Shown here: positions 1-8,151 of the stretch, in pieces
Layout: each line of letters starts with the position of its first letter
Numbering within the stretch: the first letter of the stretch is position 1
NCBI RefSeq assembly: GCF_053078305.1
Contig: NZ_CP166875.1
Length of the DNA: 64,000 nucleotides
Source of the DNA: a plasmid
Direction: 5' to 3' (one strand)
Program-made: the position numbers and the translations under genes
The notes under the pieces: generated by a model
The model's input: only the letters and a program-made list of their open reading frames with translations
Told to the model about the DNA's origin: nothing
Database searches by the model: none

Positions 1-582
1 AGTCACAAATTTTACATTATCTTGATGTGTTTTTTTCTCCTGTTTATTAGTCTCTTTAGGTGACAGGAGTATGGTTAGAATGCTAAATGCACCCATTACA
101 ATAAATATTACATTCCAGTTATAATAATCAAGTATTAATGCTCCGGCCAGAGGTGCTATTAATGGTATTATCGCACTTGTTGATGATATGTCAGAAAGTG
201 CTCTTTTTAGCTTTAGTGGTGGAAAAGACTCTTTAGCAATGGCTTTTGATATTACAGGTCCGGCACCTGCACCTATTGCCTGTAGAATTCTACCCAAAAG
301 AAGCATATTTAAATCATTGGCCATAAAACATACAATACTGCCAATAAGAAATATAATTAAGCATATAGTCATTACGCGTACTTTTCCGAAATAATCACCT
401 ATGGTTCCTGATATCAGTTGACTAAATGCAAATACAATAAGAAATCCACTAATACTTAGTTGAATTAATGAGTAGTCAGCATGAAATGCTTTCTGTAGTT
501 CTGGTAACGCAGGCACAATCATGTCAGTTGATAATGCCGATAATGATGCAGCAAGAACAAGGTAAATATATAGTTTTGTCAT
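1..582 (-). CDS. MFS-type transporter, N-terminal part (gene continues beyond window start)
   Basis: Uninterrupted reverse-strand frame from ATG at 580-582 (AGGGA Shine-Dalgarno upstream) to position 1; translation MTKLYIYLVLAASLSALSTDMIVPALPELQ... is strongly hydrophobic with several predicted TM helices, typical of major-facilitator transporters. Not in ORF track because no stop in window. Confidence 0.5.
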   Translation of the reverse strand, partial: MTKLYIYLVLAASLSALSTDMIVPALPELQKAFHADYSLIQLSISGFLIVFAFSQLISGTIGDYFGKVRVMTICLIIFLIGSIVCFMANDLNMLLLGRILQAIGAGAGPVISKAIAKESFPPLKLKRALSDISSTSAIIPLIAPLAGALILDYYNWNVIFIVMGAFSILTILLSPKETNKQEKKTHQDNVKFVT

Positions 583-979
583 AATTAATCCCTGATAAAA
601 ATATTCTTATTTATCATATTTAAAATGCTTACGCCATCGGTATGTTTTATATTTTGAGATAGCACTACGATAGTGTTTGAGTAGAAACTAATGGGTACTC
701 CCAGATGCATATTCAGGTTGATGGAAGGGGGTAAAAATCCCCGTGCTGAACCTTCCATCCGGAGGGAGGAAACTTATCATTTTAACCTGTTCGTCCGTCG
801 GAATAGTCGAAATCGATCGCGCATCGCTTTTGTGAATAGTTATGCAAGTACCTGAAAACGATTCTGACGCATTTTTTCGGTTTAGCCTGGGGTTTCCTTG
901 TCTTTTTGCGTTTTTGCGTCAGAACGCGTATGAGAGCGTTTCAGCGGTACGTACAATTAAGGGATTATGGTAAATCCCC

Positions 980-1408
980 TTACTGTCTGCCCTCGTATCC
1001 ATCGAGATAAACCGCAGAAATGGTGTCTGCCATTAGTTTCATTTTTTTCGGCGACGGCATATCGCTGTTTGTGTATTTTCTGCCAGCAAAGGTTGTTGTG
1101 CTCCGGAGTGAGTGAAAAAATTTTTCTGAGTGGAATTCTTTTATACGTTGCTGTGCCGTTTCTGCTGATACTCCGGCTGCTTTGTCTTTCACCCCCATAT
1201 CCCGGAACTGCTGAAAGAACGGGAGCATCATACGTATGGTGTCTGCTTTCTGGGTGTAGAAGTTAGGATCAAATCCATCATCTGAAGCATAAACATAATG
1301 CCGGGTATGTCGTTCCAGGCTGGTCTTTGGTGTGCATCCTGTAAGAACGATTGTTGCTGTTATCAGAGGTATCAGAAGCAGCCTGGCAACGGCAGATCTC
1401 ATAAACAT
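980..1408 (-). CDS. putative lipoprotein
   Basis: 142-aa ORF with N-terminal signal peptide and lipobox LTGC (MFMRSAVARLLLIPLITATIVLTGC). Confidence 0.4.
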   Translation of the reverse strand: MFMRSAVARLLLIPLITATIVLTGCTPKTSLERHTRHYVYASDDGFDPNFYTQKADTIRMMLPFFQQFRDMGVKDKAAGVSAETAQQRIKEFHSEKFFHSLRSTTTFAGRKYTNSDMPSPKKMKLMADTISAVYLDGYEGRQ

Positions 1409-1522
1409 CTCCTTGCGTTTTTAATCTTGATACTCAGGGAGTTATATTTCCGAAGAGTATCTCTTATCATACGTCGGTTTACCCCAATGTGATTTGATGG
1501 TCAATGAGTCAGGAATAATCCC

Positions 1523-1801
1523 GTGAAAAAATGTGTGCCAGTCCTGCTTTTTAGTGTTCTTTCTGCTTCGGTTGCCAGTCATGCGGACAGCAATGTTTTT
1601 CAACAAAAGGCCGAGAAGACAAAAAATGGCATTGTTGCGGATGTTAATGCCAGACAGAAAATGTTCAGTAACAGACTGAAGATACAACTTCAGATCGATG
1701 AGTTGAGGGCATCTCTGGCTGGCACCAGAGATGCCCAAAAAAGAGAGGATTTGCGTAAAAAACTGGAGTCTCTGGAGCGGCAAAAGAAATCCTTACGCTG
1801 A
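1523..1801 (+). CDS. small secreted protein, function unknown
   Basis: 92-aa ORF with N-terminal signal peptide (MKKCVPVLLFSVLSASVASHA) followed by a charged, coiled-coil-like C-terminus. Confidence 0.3.
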   Translation: MKKCVPVLLFSVLSASVASHADSNVFQQKAEKTKNGIVADVNARQKMFSNRLKIQLQIDELRASLAGTRDAQKREDLRKKLESLERQKKSLR

Positions 1802-2083
1802 TGGGGGCGTATTTTCCCCGGTTTCTTCCATAACCTTTTTACCGTTCAGATATTTACGGGCGAGGCGAATGCGTCTTGCCTGGTATACCGCCGAGTAAGC
1901 CTGGGTGGGATTCACACCGTTACTGATTTCACTGACCACATGGCGCTGATCAGCCAGTGTCAGCGTGTAAACCTGTTTCTGGATGAGGTCACGGGCTTTG
2001 TCATGCTCATATCCGGCAGCAACAAGGGTGTCGAGAAGTCGTTTGTCTGTTTTGTTCAGTTTATGGCGGGGTGATTTGCTCAC
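1793..2083 (-). CDS. hypothetical protein
   Basis: 96-aa ORF, basic and hydrophilic; no recognisable motif. Confidence 0.25.
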   Translation of the reverse strand: MSKSPRHKLNKTDKRLLDTLVAAGYEHDKARDLIQKQVYTLTLADQRHVVSEISNGVNPTQAYSAVYQARRIRLARKYLNGKKVMEETGENTPPSA

Positions 2084-2214
2084 ATCGTTCTCCGTTTTTC
2101 ATGATCCAACAGTTTTATATCTCATCCTGATTTGCTCCGGTGTTCTGTTTCGACGTTCTCAATGCCTGCCTCCCCATAGTGTGATCCTTATTGCAAAAAT
2201 GAAAATCCATGCTC

Positions 2215-2277
2215 TTGACATGGACAATGGTGAGTAGTAGGTTTTTCTGTACATAAAACCAGTGGTTATATGTACAG
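2215..2277 (+). promoter_or_regulatory. SOS-regulated colicin promoter with tandem LexA boxes
   Basis: Perfect -35 TTGACA at 2215-2220; sequence CTGTACATAAAACCAGTGGTTATATGTACAG (2247-2277) matches the paired overlapping LexA operators (CTGT-N8-ACAG) typical of colicin promoters; AAGAGG Shine-Dalgarno before ATG 2322. Confidence 0.55.
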
Positions 2278-2321
2278 TGTGTTGTTTTTAATTTATTGTT
2301 TTAATTATCAAAGAGGAATTT

Positions 2322-3818
2322 ATGGCTAAAGAACTAAGTGGATATGGCCCAACTGCTGGTGAGTCTATGGGGGGAACAGGGGCGAATCTGAATCAGCAAG
2401 GTGGAAATAATAATAGTAATAGTGGGGTTCACTGGGGTGGTGGTTCAGGCTCTGGTAATGGAGGTGGTGAACATGGAAGTCAGACGGGGTGGGGATGGAG
2501 TAAAACCAATAATCCGGATGTGCCGCCTTATGTTGATGATAATGGGCAGGTGCGCATTACCATTACAAATGGTCTGGTAAAAACGCCTGTATATGGAGTT
2601 CCTGAGGCTGGCGGAAATAGTGATGTTCAGGGGGGCTATATTCCTGAAAATCCTAATGATGAAGTTGCTCGTAAGTGGGATAAAAACAACTTACCGCGAG
2701 AGATTGATGTGAGTATCGATGGTTTTAAATATCGTGTAACGCTTAATGATAATGGTAGAGCTATCGGTATTCTTCGAACAGGTGTCCGTCCTTACGTAGG
2801 GAGTGAAAAAGCTAAGGCGGGTATTATGGAAAAAATCAATCATAAAACACCTGAGGAGATATATGAGGCGTTAGGTTTTAATAAAGATGAATCTCAGCGG
2901 CAGGAAAAAGCAAAACAACAGGCTGAAGATGCGTGGGATCGTTTGCCTCCTAATGTGAGAAAATTTGATGTTGATGTTGAACAGTTCCACTATTTAGTGG
3001 TGCTTGATGATTATGGTAATGTTTTATCTGTAACTAGAACAGCTGTTCGTCCTTATGTAGGGAGTGAAAAAGCTAAGGCTGGTATTATGGATAAAGTCGA
3101 CCATAAGACCCCGGAAGAGATATACGAGGCATTAGGATTTAATAATGAAGAGCCTCAACGACAGAATCAAGCTAAAAAAGCTGCTTATGATGTATTTTAT
3201 TCTTTCAGTATGAACCGTGACCGGATTCAGAGTGATGTGCTAAATAAAGCAGCTGAACTTATATCTGATATGGGTAACAAGATCGGTGATTATCTTGGTG
3301 AATCTTATAAGTCGTTAGCAAGAGAAATTGCTGATGATATCAAAAATTTCCAGGGGAAAACCATCCGTAGCTACGATGATGCAATGGAGTCATTAAATAA
3401 AATTTTGTCTAATCCTAGTTTTAAAGTTAACAGAGCAGACCGTGATGCACTGGTGAACGCCTGGCGAAGTCGTGATGCTCAGGATATAGCAAATAAACTG
3501 GGGAATATCAGTAAGGCTTTCAAAGCTGCCGATGTAATTATGAAGATTGAGAAGGTCAAGGAGAAAAGCATCGAGGGATATGAAACTGGAAACTGGGGGC
3601 CGCTGATGTTGGAGGTTGAGTCTTGGGTTCTCAGTGGTATGGCCGCAAGCGTTGCCATGACATTGCTTAGTGCTATAATTGGATCATTCACACTACCGGC
3701 GTTAGCATTAACTGCAATAAATATTGCAGGTATTATGGGAATTAGTTACCTTGCATCATATATTGATGCAAGTGTGGCTGAAAAAATAAATAATAAATTG
3801 GTTCATTTTACTCATTGA
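2322..3818 (+). CDS. csa: pore-forming colicin, colicin S4-like
   Basis: 498 aa. Gly-rich N-terminal translocation domain (GGTGANLNQQGGNNNSNSGVHWGGGSGSGNGGGEHGS), internally duplicated central segment (TGVRPYVGSEKAKAGIM.K..HKTPEEIYEALGFN occurs twice), C-terminal A-type pore domain with hydrophobic hairpin (GYETGNWGPLMLEVESWVLSGMAASVAMTLLSAIIGSF...). Length and duplicated receptor domain fit colicin S4 as recalled; not verified by search. Confidence 0.85.
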   Translation: MAKELSGYGPTAGESMGGTGANLNQQGGNNNSNSGVHWGGGSGSGNGGGEHGSQTGWGWSKTNNPDVPPYVDDNGQVRITITNGLVKTPVYGVPEAGGNSDVQGGYIPENPNDEVARKWDKNNLPREIDVSIDGFKYRVTLNDNGRAIGILRTGVRPYVGSEKAKAGIMEKINHKTPEEIYEALGFNKDESQRQEKAKQQAEDAWDRLPPNVRKFDVDVEQFHYLVVLDDYGNVLSVTRTAVRPYVGSEKAKAGIMDKVDHKTPEEIYEALGFNNEEPQRQNQAKKAAYDVFYSFSMNRDRIQSDVLNKAAELISDMGNKIGDYLGESYKSLAREIADDIKNFQGKTIRSYDDAMESLNKILSNPSFKVNRADRDALVNAWRSRDAQDIANKLGNISKAFKAADVIMKIEKVKEKSIEGYETGNWGPLMLEVESWVLSGMAASVAMTLLSAIIGSFTLPALALTAINIAGIMGISYLASYIDASVAEKINNKLVHFTH

Positions 3819-3840
3819 TAGAAAAAGAGAGGTGATCATA

Positions 3841-4374
3841 TCACTTCTCTTTAAACGACCTATAGGAACCAATACAAAACCAAAAATACAAATATGAGAA
3901 TATAAAAATAATGGAATGTAAGCTAATGTAAAAAAACGATAGGAGGATTATATTTACAGACATCAGTTTTAGCATTTTTGCAGAACTGGTTAGCTCCGTA
4001 TCAGCAAATAAAAAAGCATATATTAAGATAGCATAAAAAAAAGTGAAAAAAATATTTATTTTCAGTAGTTGCCATGGAGATTTATCATTTTTTAATCTAA
4101 GATTTTTACATGTGTTTAAAAATAAAAGAATGGCAGTGAAAGGAGCTGTTTTTACATACAGACTCAATGTTTTGCTAAATACTGGGGTGTTTTGTGAGTA
4201 TATGGCAGGTAGGTCATTTGCTCTCAATGCTATATAGTTTAATATATTGGATGTTGGATTGTGGATATATATAATGATTATTGAGAACATTGGGATTAGT
4301 GAAATTATAAGGAAGTAAAACATCTTTGTTGCTATTTTATTTCCTTTGTCTGTTTGGTGGTGTTTATTTATCAT
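3841..4374 (-). CDS. csi: colicin immunity protein (A-type, polytopic membrane)
   Basis: 177-aa ORF convergent with and immediately downstream of the colicin gene; four hydrophobic segments; size typical of A-type pore-colicin immunity proteins; AT-rich. Confidence 0.7.
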   Translation of the reverse strand: MINKHHQTDKGNKIATKMFYFLIISLIPMFSIIIIYIHNPTSNILNYIALRANDLPAIYSQNTPVFSKTLSLYVKTAPFTAILLFLNTCKNLRLKNDKSPWQLLKINIFFTFFYAILIYAFLFADTELTSSAKMLKLMSVNIILLSFFYISLHSIIFIFSYLYFWFCIGSYRSFKEK

Positions 4375-4425
4375 CTGTTTACCTGTAAATTTATTATATT
4401 AAAGATTTTGATGAATGGCTATGGT

Positions 4426-4716
4426 TTATTTTCTCTTTAGAGAGTAATATATGAAACTTGGCAATCCTACTGGGATTGCCATTAATAAATAGAACAATGC
4501 AGATAACTTGCATAAGTACCAGGGCTCTTTTTTTAACTTTGTATTTTCTTTGATATATCTAGATATGGTTAATTTAGAGTATGGATATAGCAATACATAT
4601 ATTGACGATATAAAGATAAATAACAAAGGAGTGTTATCAGTGTCGTTAAATATTAAAATAAGAATCCATGGTATAAGTGATTCAGGTAAATTATGTAGGT
4701 AGTATTTTAAATGCAT
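4426..4716 (-). CDS. small polytopic membrane protein, possible second (E1/K-type) colicin immunity protein
   Basis: 96-aa ORF with about three hydrophobic segments, same orientation as the immunity gene, lying between it and the lysis gene; size matches E1/K-type immunity proteins. Confidence 0.35.
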   Translation of the reverse strand: MHLKYYLHNLPESLIPWILILIFNDTDNTPLLFIFISSIYVLLYPYSKLTISRYIKENTKLKKEPWYLCKLSALFYLLMAIPVGLPSFIYYSLKRK

Positions 4717-4745
4717 AAGTATTTTTACTTTTGTCGGAAAGGGAT

Positions 4746-4877
4746 ATGAAAATAATAATTTTTCTAATTAAAATATTATTCTTGTCAGGATGTCAAGCAA
4801 ACTATATTCGTGATGTACAATGAGGAACCGTTGCGTCATCTTCGTCTTCTGAACTGACGGGGATCGCGGTTCAGTAG
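4746..4877 (+). pseudogene. csl: colicin lysis lipoprotein gene interrupted by in-frame TGA
   Basis: ATG 4746 encodes [25 protein letters not shown] (lipobox LSGC), then TGA at 4821-4823, then in the same frame [18 protein letters not shown] and TAG at 4875-4877. The stop sits where colicin lysis proteins have the first Gly of the conserved ...[12 protein letters not shown]... motif. Confidence 0.6.
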
Positions 4878-5076
4878 AAAAGATCAAAGGATCTCTTGAG
4901 ATGGGGTCCCAAGCCGGAAACCTGGATTTTTCCGCTGGATTTTTCCGCGACCAGTAACGGCGTGGGGTGTCACATAAATGACCGATTGAGTGACTGTCAC
5001 TGAAACAACGATTTCTACATCAGATTTCGTCACATAACCCGTCACCTATTGGGGTCAGTTTGGATATAGAGAATTA

Positions 5077-5114
5077 GGGGGCTGGCGCTCAGTGGAACGA
5101 AAACTCACGTTAAG
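5077..5114. repeat. Tn3-family 38-bp terminal inverted repeat
   Basis: GGGGGCTGGCGCTCAGTGGAACGAAAACTCACGTTAAG, near-identical to the Tn3 terminal IR as recalled (about 36/38). Confidence 0.6.
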
Positions 5115-5468
5115 CAATGTTTTCTTCCTCCGATGCCTCTTTTTGCCCTTTAGTCACCAGTTCTGCCAGCGTGAAGGAATATGGCCGAGCATATTGATGT
5201 GTCCGTGGCAAAGTGGTGAGAGGCGTGCGATATCTTCATCATTCACGATTTCCCCCTGTGCCCTGAAATGGTCCAGGGCAGCCTGCATATAAATAGTGTT
5301 CCATAATACGACGGCGTTAGTCACCAGCCCCAGTGCGCCCAGTTGATCTTCTTGACCATCGGTATATCGCTTTCTTATCTCACCTTTCTGACCGTGACAG
5401 ATAGCTCTGGCAACGGCATGGCGACTTTCTCCCCGGTTAAGTTGGGTCAGGATGCGCCAGCGGTAACG
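5110..5468 (-). pseudogene. tnpA: Tn3-family transposase, 3'-terminal fragment (truncated and frameshifted)
   Basis: Reverse-strand translation gives ...RYRWRILTQLNRGESRHAVARAICHGQKGEIRKRYTDGQEDQLGALGLVTNAVVLWNTIYMQAALDH...LSPLCHGHINMLGH, then after a 1-nt frameshift ...YSFTLAELVTKG...EENIA-stop ending inside the IR. Only about 119 codons remain. Confidence 0.55.
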
Positions 5469-5492
5469 GTGATTTCATATTGAAGATAACTG

Positions 5493-5513
5493 TTGTACAA
5501 TTTAATTGTACAA
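5493..5513 (+). promoter_or_regulatory. palindromic operator / promoter upstream of phd-doc
   Basis: Inverted repeat TTGTACAAT..ATTGTACAA containing a TACAAT -10-like hexamer, about 20 bp upstream of the phd start. Confidence 0.4.
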
Positions 5514-5530
5514 CTCAAAGAGGAAGCACT

Positions 5531-5755
5531 ATGTTTACATGTAACTATAGCCATGCTCGCGATAACCTGGCCTCGTTGCTCGAGCTGGCGGTTGATGAAA
5601 ATCAGCCTGTTGAGATTCAGCGCCGTAAAGGTGGCGCGGCTGTACTGGTTGATAAAGACGCTTTTGAACGATACCGTAAAGCGGCTCTTGATGCTGAGTT
5701 TGCTGAGATCATGCAAAGTCATGGGACGGCCTATACGGAGCTTTCTAAGCGATGA
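5531..5755 (+). CDS. phd: Phd/YefM-family antitoxin
   Basis: ATG 5531 with AAAGAGGAAG Shine-Dalgarno; small acidic protein MFTCNYSHARDNLASLLELAVDENQPVEIQRRKGGAAVLV...; stop overlaps the doc start (ATGA at 5752-5755). Confidence 0.75.
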   Translation: MFTCNYSHARDNLASLLELAVDENQPVEIQRRKGGAAVLVDKDAFERYRKAALDAEFAEIMQSHGTAYTELSKR

Positions 5756-6138
5756 AATTCGTTAGTTCACAGGAAATGATTGAGTTTCATGACCGCTTGA
5801 TTTCGCGTGATGGTGGCGTGGCGGGTATGCCAGAACCCGGTCGCGCTGACGCGATCATTCATCGTGTTTTGAACATGTATCATTATGAAGGTGTGACAGA
5901 TATTATGGATCTGGCTGCCGTGTATTTAGTTGCTATTGCTCGTGGTCACATTTTCAACGATGCAAATAAGCGAACAGCCTTGTTTGTTGCACAGGTTTTT
6001 TTAAAACGGAATGGTATACATATTATTAGTTCGCGTATTTCGTTTGATGAAATGCAAATTATCGCTTTGAATGCTGCAACAGGAGAATATAACTGGAAGA
6101 TGGTTTCTGACCATCTTAAAGCCATTATTTTAAATTAG
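5752..6138 (+). CDS. doc: Doc (death-on-curing) toxin, Fic/Doc family
   Basis: 128 aa with the Fic/Doc motif HIFNDANKRTA; translationally coupled to phd. Confidence 0.85.
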   Translation: MKFVSSQEMIEFHDRLISRDGGVAGMPEPGRADAIIHRVLNMYHYEGVTDIMDLAAVYLVAIARGHIFNDANKRTALFVAQVFLKRNGIHIISSRISFDEMQIIALNAATGEYNWKMVSDHLKAIILN

Positions 6139-6709
6139 ATATAGATATCCAATCAGCAGCATTTTACAATCTACTGAGCAATGTAAAAATCATATATCTT
6201 TTTGCTATATAATTTCTGGCGTATGTGCTCAATTCAGACCTGACACTTTTCCGCTTCCTCGCCCACTCGCTCACTACGTTCGGTCGCTGGGGCTGCGGCG
6301 AGCGTTTGTAAGTTTTCTCCAATACTGACGACGTGCTTCCTAGGACAATGAGTCTCTCAGAATCGGTTTCTCGAAGTGACGAGCGATCAGAATGGAGACA
6401 AATAAATTCGGGAAACGAACCTTCACGGTAAGTTTTGTCACATTTATCATCCCTAAACATGAGAATTATCACCAAAACTAACCACCCAACAAACAGCAGC
6501 GCCGGGAGCAGCATTATAAAATCATGTACAGTGTTGCGTAACGACATGATAAGTTCTCAATATGCTCTTTACCAGATTATACCAGTGATACTTTAACGCA
6601 CCATCATTAATGCTAATGTATGCATACATTAGCATTAACATGCTGACAGCAACAAGCGGCGGATTTACGTCTGGATAACGTAAATGATTGCGGTATACAG
6701 GCCAGGCGG

Positions 6710-7558
6710 TCAGATTTTCAGCCGTGCCTGTTCCTGCAGCAGTTCCAGATGATATGTAGCAATAGCGTTTACCACCCCTGCCGTCATCCGTGCGTCGGCG
6801 ATCGCTGAGTGTGCCTGCCCTTCCCAGGTCAGTCCGGCCTGGCTGGCAGCACAGGCCAGTGAAATCGTGCCATAGCGGTTGGTGGCCCCATAATATCCTG
6901 CAGCCAGCTCCATCGCACAATATACCGTCAGTTCTTCCAGCCAGTCAGCCGGATCGCTATGTGCGGCAGCAGTCTGTTTCAGAATGCGGATATCGAACCG
7001 GGCATTAAAGATAATTACTGGTCGGTCCCCGATTGCATGCCGCAGTTGCCGCGCCACATCTGTCCATGATGGTGCGCCGCAGAGTGCCTGCTCACTGATA
7101 CCATGCACGGCGGCGGCCTGCGCCCCGATGGCGACCGTGGGCTTCAGCCTGGTTTCAAACACCACCTGACCGGCCGCATCGGTCAGGCCGATTTCCAGGG
7201 CTTCCGAGGTATTATCCAGTCCTGTCGTTTCAGTATCCAGAAAGAGTGGTGCCAGACTCAGCCAGTCATATGCCTGCCGTGCCATCCGGCCACTGGTGCT
7301 GTTTAGTCGGGATAAAACGGAAAGCCGCTGGCCAGCCAGCTGTTGTTTACTCGTCAGAGGGCGTTTCTCACGCATCGGAACACAATCTGCAATTCGGTAT
7401 ACAGCGAACCTGCCACCATAAGTATTTTTATACCACTTAACCGGCTCAGCACCGGGGGCTGGCTTCATTCTGAATTCATCGCGCAGACGTCCTTTCGAGA
7501 AACACCTGTCTTCGGCAATCGCCTGCGCACGTCTGGTGACCAGCTCATCATTATTCAT
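6710..7558 (-). CDS. DEDDh 3'-5' exonuclease (DnaQ-like) with about 100-aa N-terminal extension
   Basis: 282 aa; Exo I motif FLDTETTGL, Exo II IIFNARFDIRIL, Exo III HSAIADARM; same strand and 45 bp downstream of the RelE/ParE-like toxin gene. Confidence 0.75.
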   Translation of the reverse strand: MNNDELVTRRAQAIAEDRCFSKGRLRDEFRMKPAPGAEPVKWYKNTYGGRFAVYRIADCVPMREKRPLTSKQQLAGQRLSVLSRLNSTSGRMARQAYDWLSLAPLFLDTETTGLDNTSEALEIGLTDAAGQVVFETRLKPTVAIGAQAAAVHGISEQALCGAPSWTDVARQLRHAIGDRPVIIFNARFDIRILKQTAAAHSDPADWLEELTVYCAMELAAGYYGATNRYGTISLACAASQAGLTWEGQAHSAIADARMTAGVVNAIATYHLELLQEQARLKI

Positions 7559-7603
7559 GGTTCTTGCATCTCCGTCAGACGTTTTTATATCCGGACAGCC
7601 CCT

Positions 7604-7885
7604 CTATGGCCACTTCTGTGCAGTATGCAATACTCGCAGGATATACACTTTTCCCCACTGGCTGTCGACCTCATAAACCAGAACAAAATGCGGGTGAATA
7701 ACCAGTTCCCGGGTACCTTCCACACGACCGTTGCGGCCTTTATACGGCTGCCCGGCCAGGCTGCTGGCTGAATAACCAATCCGTTCGTCCAGTTCAATGG
7801 CAGCCATCAGGTTCTGCTCCGCAATGTACTCACGAATGCGCTTCCTGTCCTGGCTGGCCAGCATGGTCCAGAATATCTCCATCAT
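7604..7885 (-). CDS. RelE/ParE-family toxin
   Basis: 93 aa; C-terminal ...HFVLVYEVDSQWGKVYILRVLHTAQ typical of the RelE/ParE fold; start overlaps the upstream antitoxin stop by 4 nt. Confidence 0.75.
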   Translation of the reverse strand: MMEIFWTMLASQDRKRIREYIAEQNLMAAIELDERIGYSASSLAGQPYKGRNGRVEGTRELVIHPHFVLVYEVDSQWGKVYILRVLHTAQKWP

Positions 7886-8151
7886 TTACCGGCAACCTTC
7901 CTGCTCATTTCATCCCGCCATGCTGCAGCAGAGGATTCGACCATGTCATGGGGAAGCACATCGCCGTGCTCGAGTTGCTGACGTCCTGCCGCAACCTGGT
8001 CACGGAACCAGGTATTATGCTGCCGTTCAACGGTCTGGCGCATAAAATCCCGGATTAACTGGGAGCCATTACGGTCCATGCTTTTTGCAGCGGCCATAAA
8101 AGCATCCTTCAGTTCAGCGTCGATTCTTAAACTCATATTAACCTGTGCCAT
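7882..8151 (-). CDS. RelB/ParD-family antitoxin (ribbon-helix-helix)
   Basis: 89 aa; N-terminal RHH signature MSLRIDAELKDAFMAAAKSMDRNGSQLIRDFM; first gene of the operon. Confidence 0.7.
   Translation of the reverse strand: MAQVNMSLRIDAELKDAFMAAAKSMDRNGSQLIRDFMRQTVERQHNTWFRDQVAAGRQQLEHGDVLPHDMVESSAAAWRDEMSRKVAGK

Noticed and set aside
4878-4910. Sequence AAAGATCAAAGGATCTCTTGAGAT resembling the region upstream of the ColE1/pMB1 RNA II promoter, suggesting a ColE1-type origin
   Set aside because: Similarity is limited to a short near-palindromic stretch right after the lysis gene; no RNA I/RNA II stem-loop region follows and the downstream match is explained by the Tn3 inverted repeat.
6240-6300. 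Stretch CCGCTTCCTCGCCCACTCGCTCACTACGTTCGGTCGCTGGGGCTGCGGCGAGCG similar to a ColE1/pBR322 ori-adjacent segment
   Set aside because: Only about 55 bp of diverged similarity from memory, no accompanying replication genes or RNA structures; treated as a possible relic. The overlapping 127-aa reverse ORF (6164-6547) is probably not a real gene.
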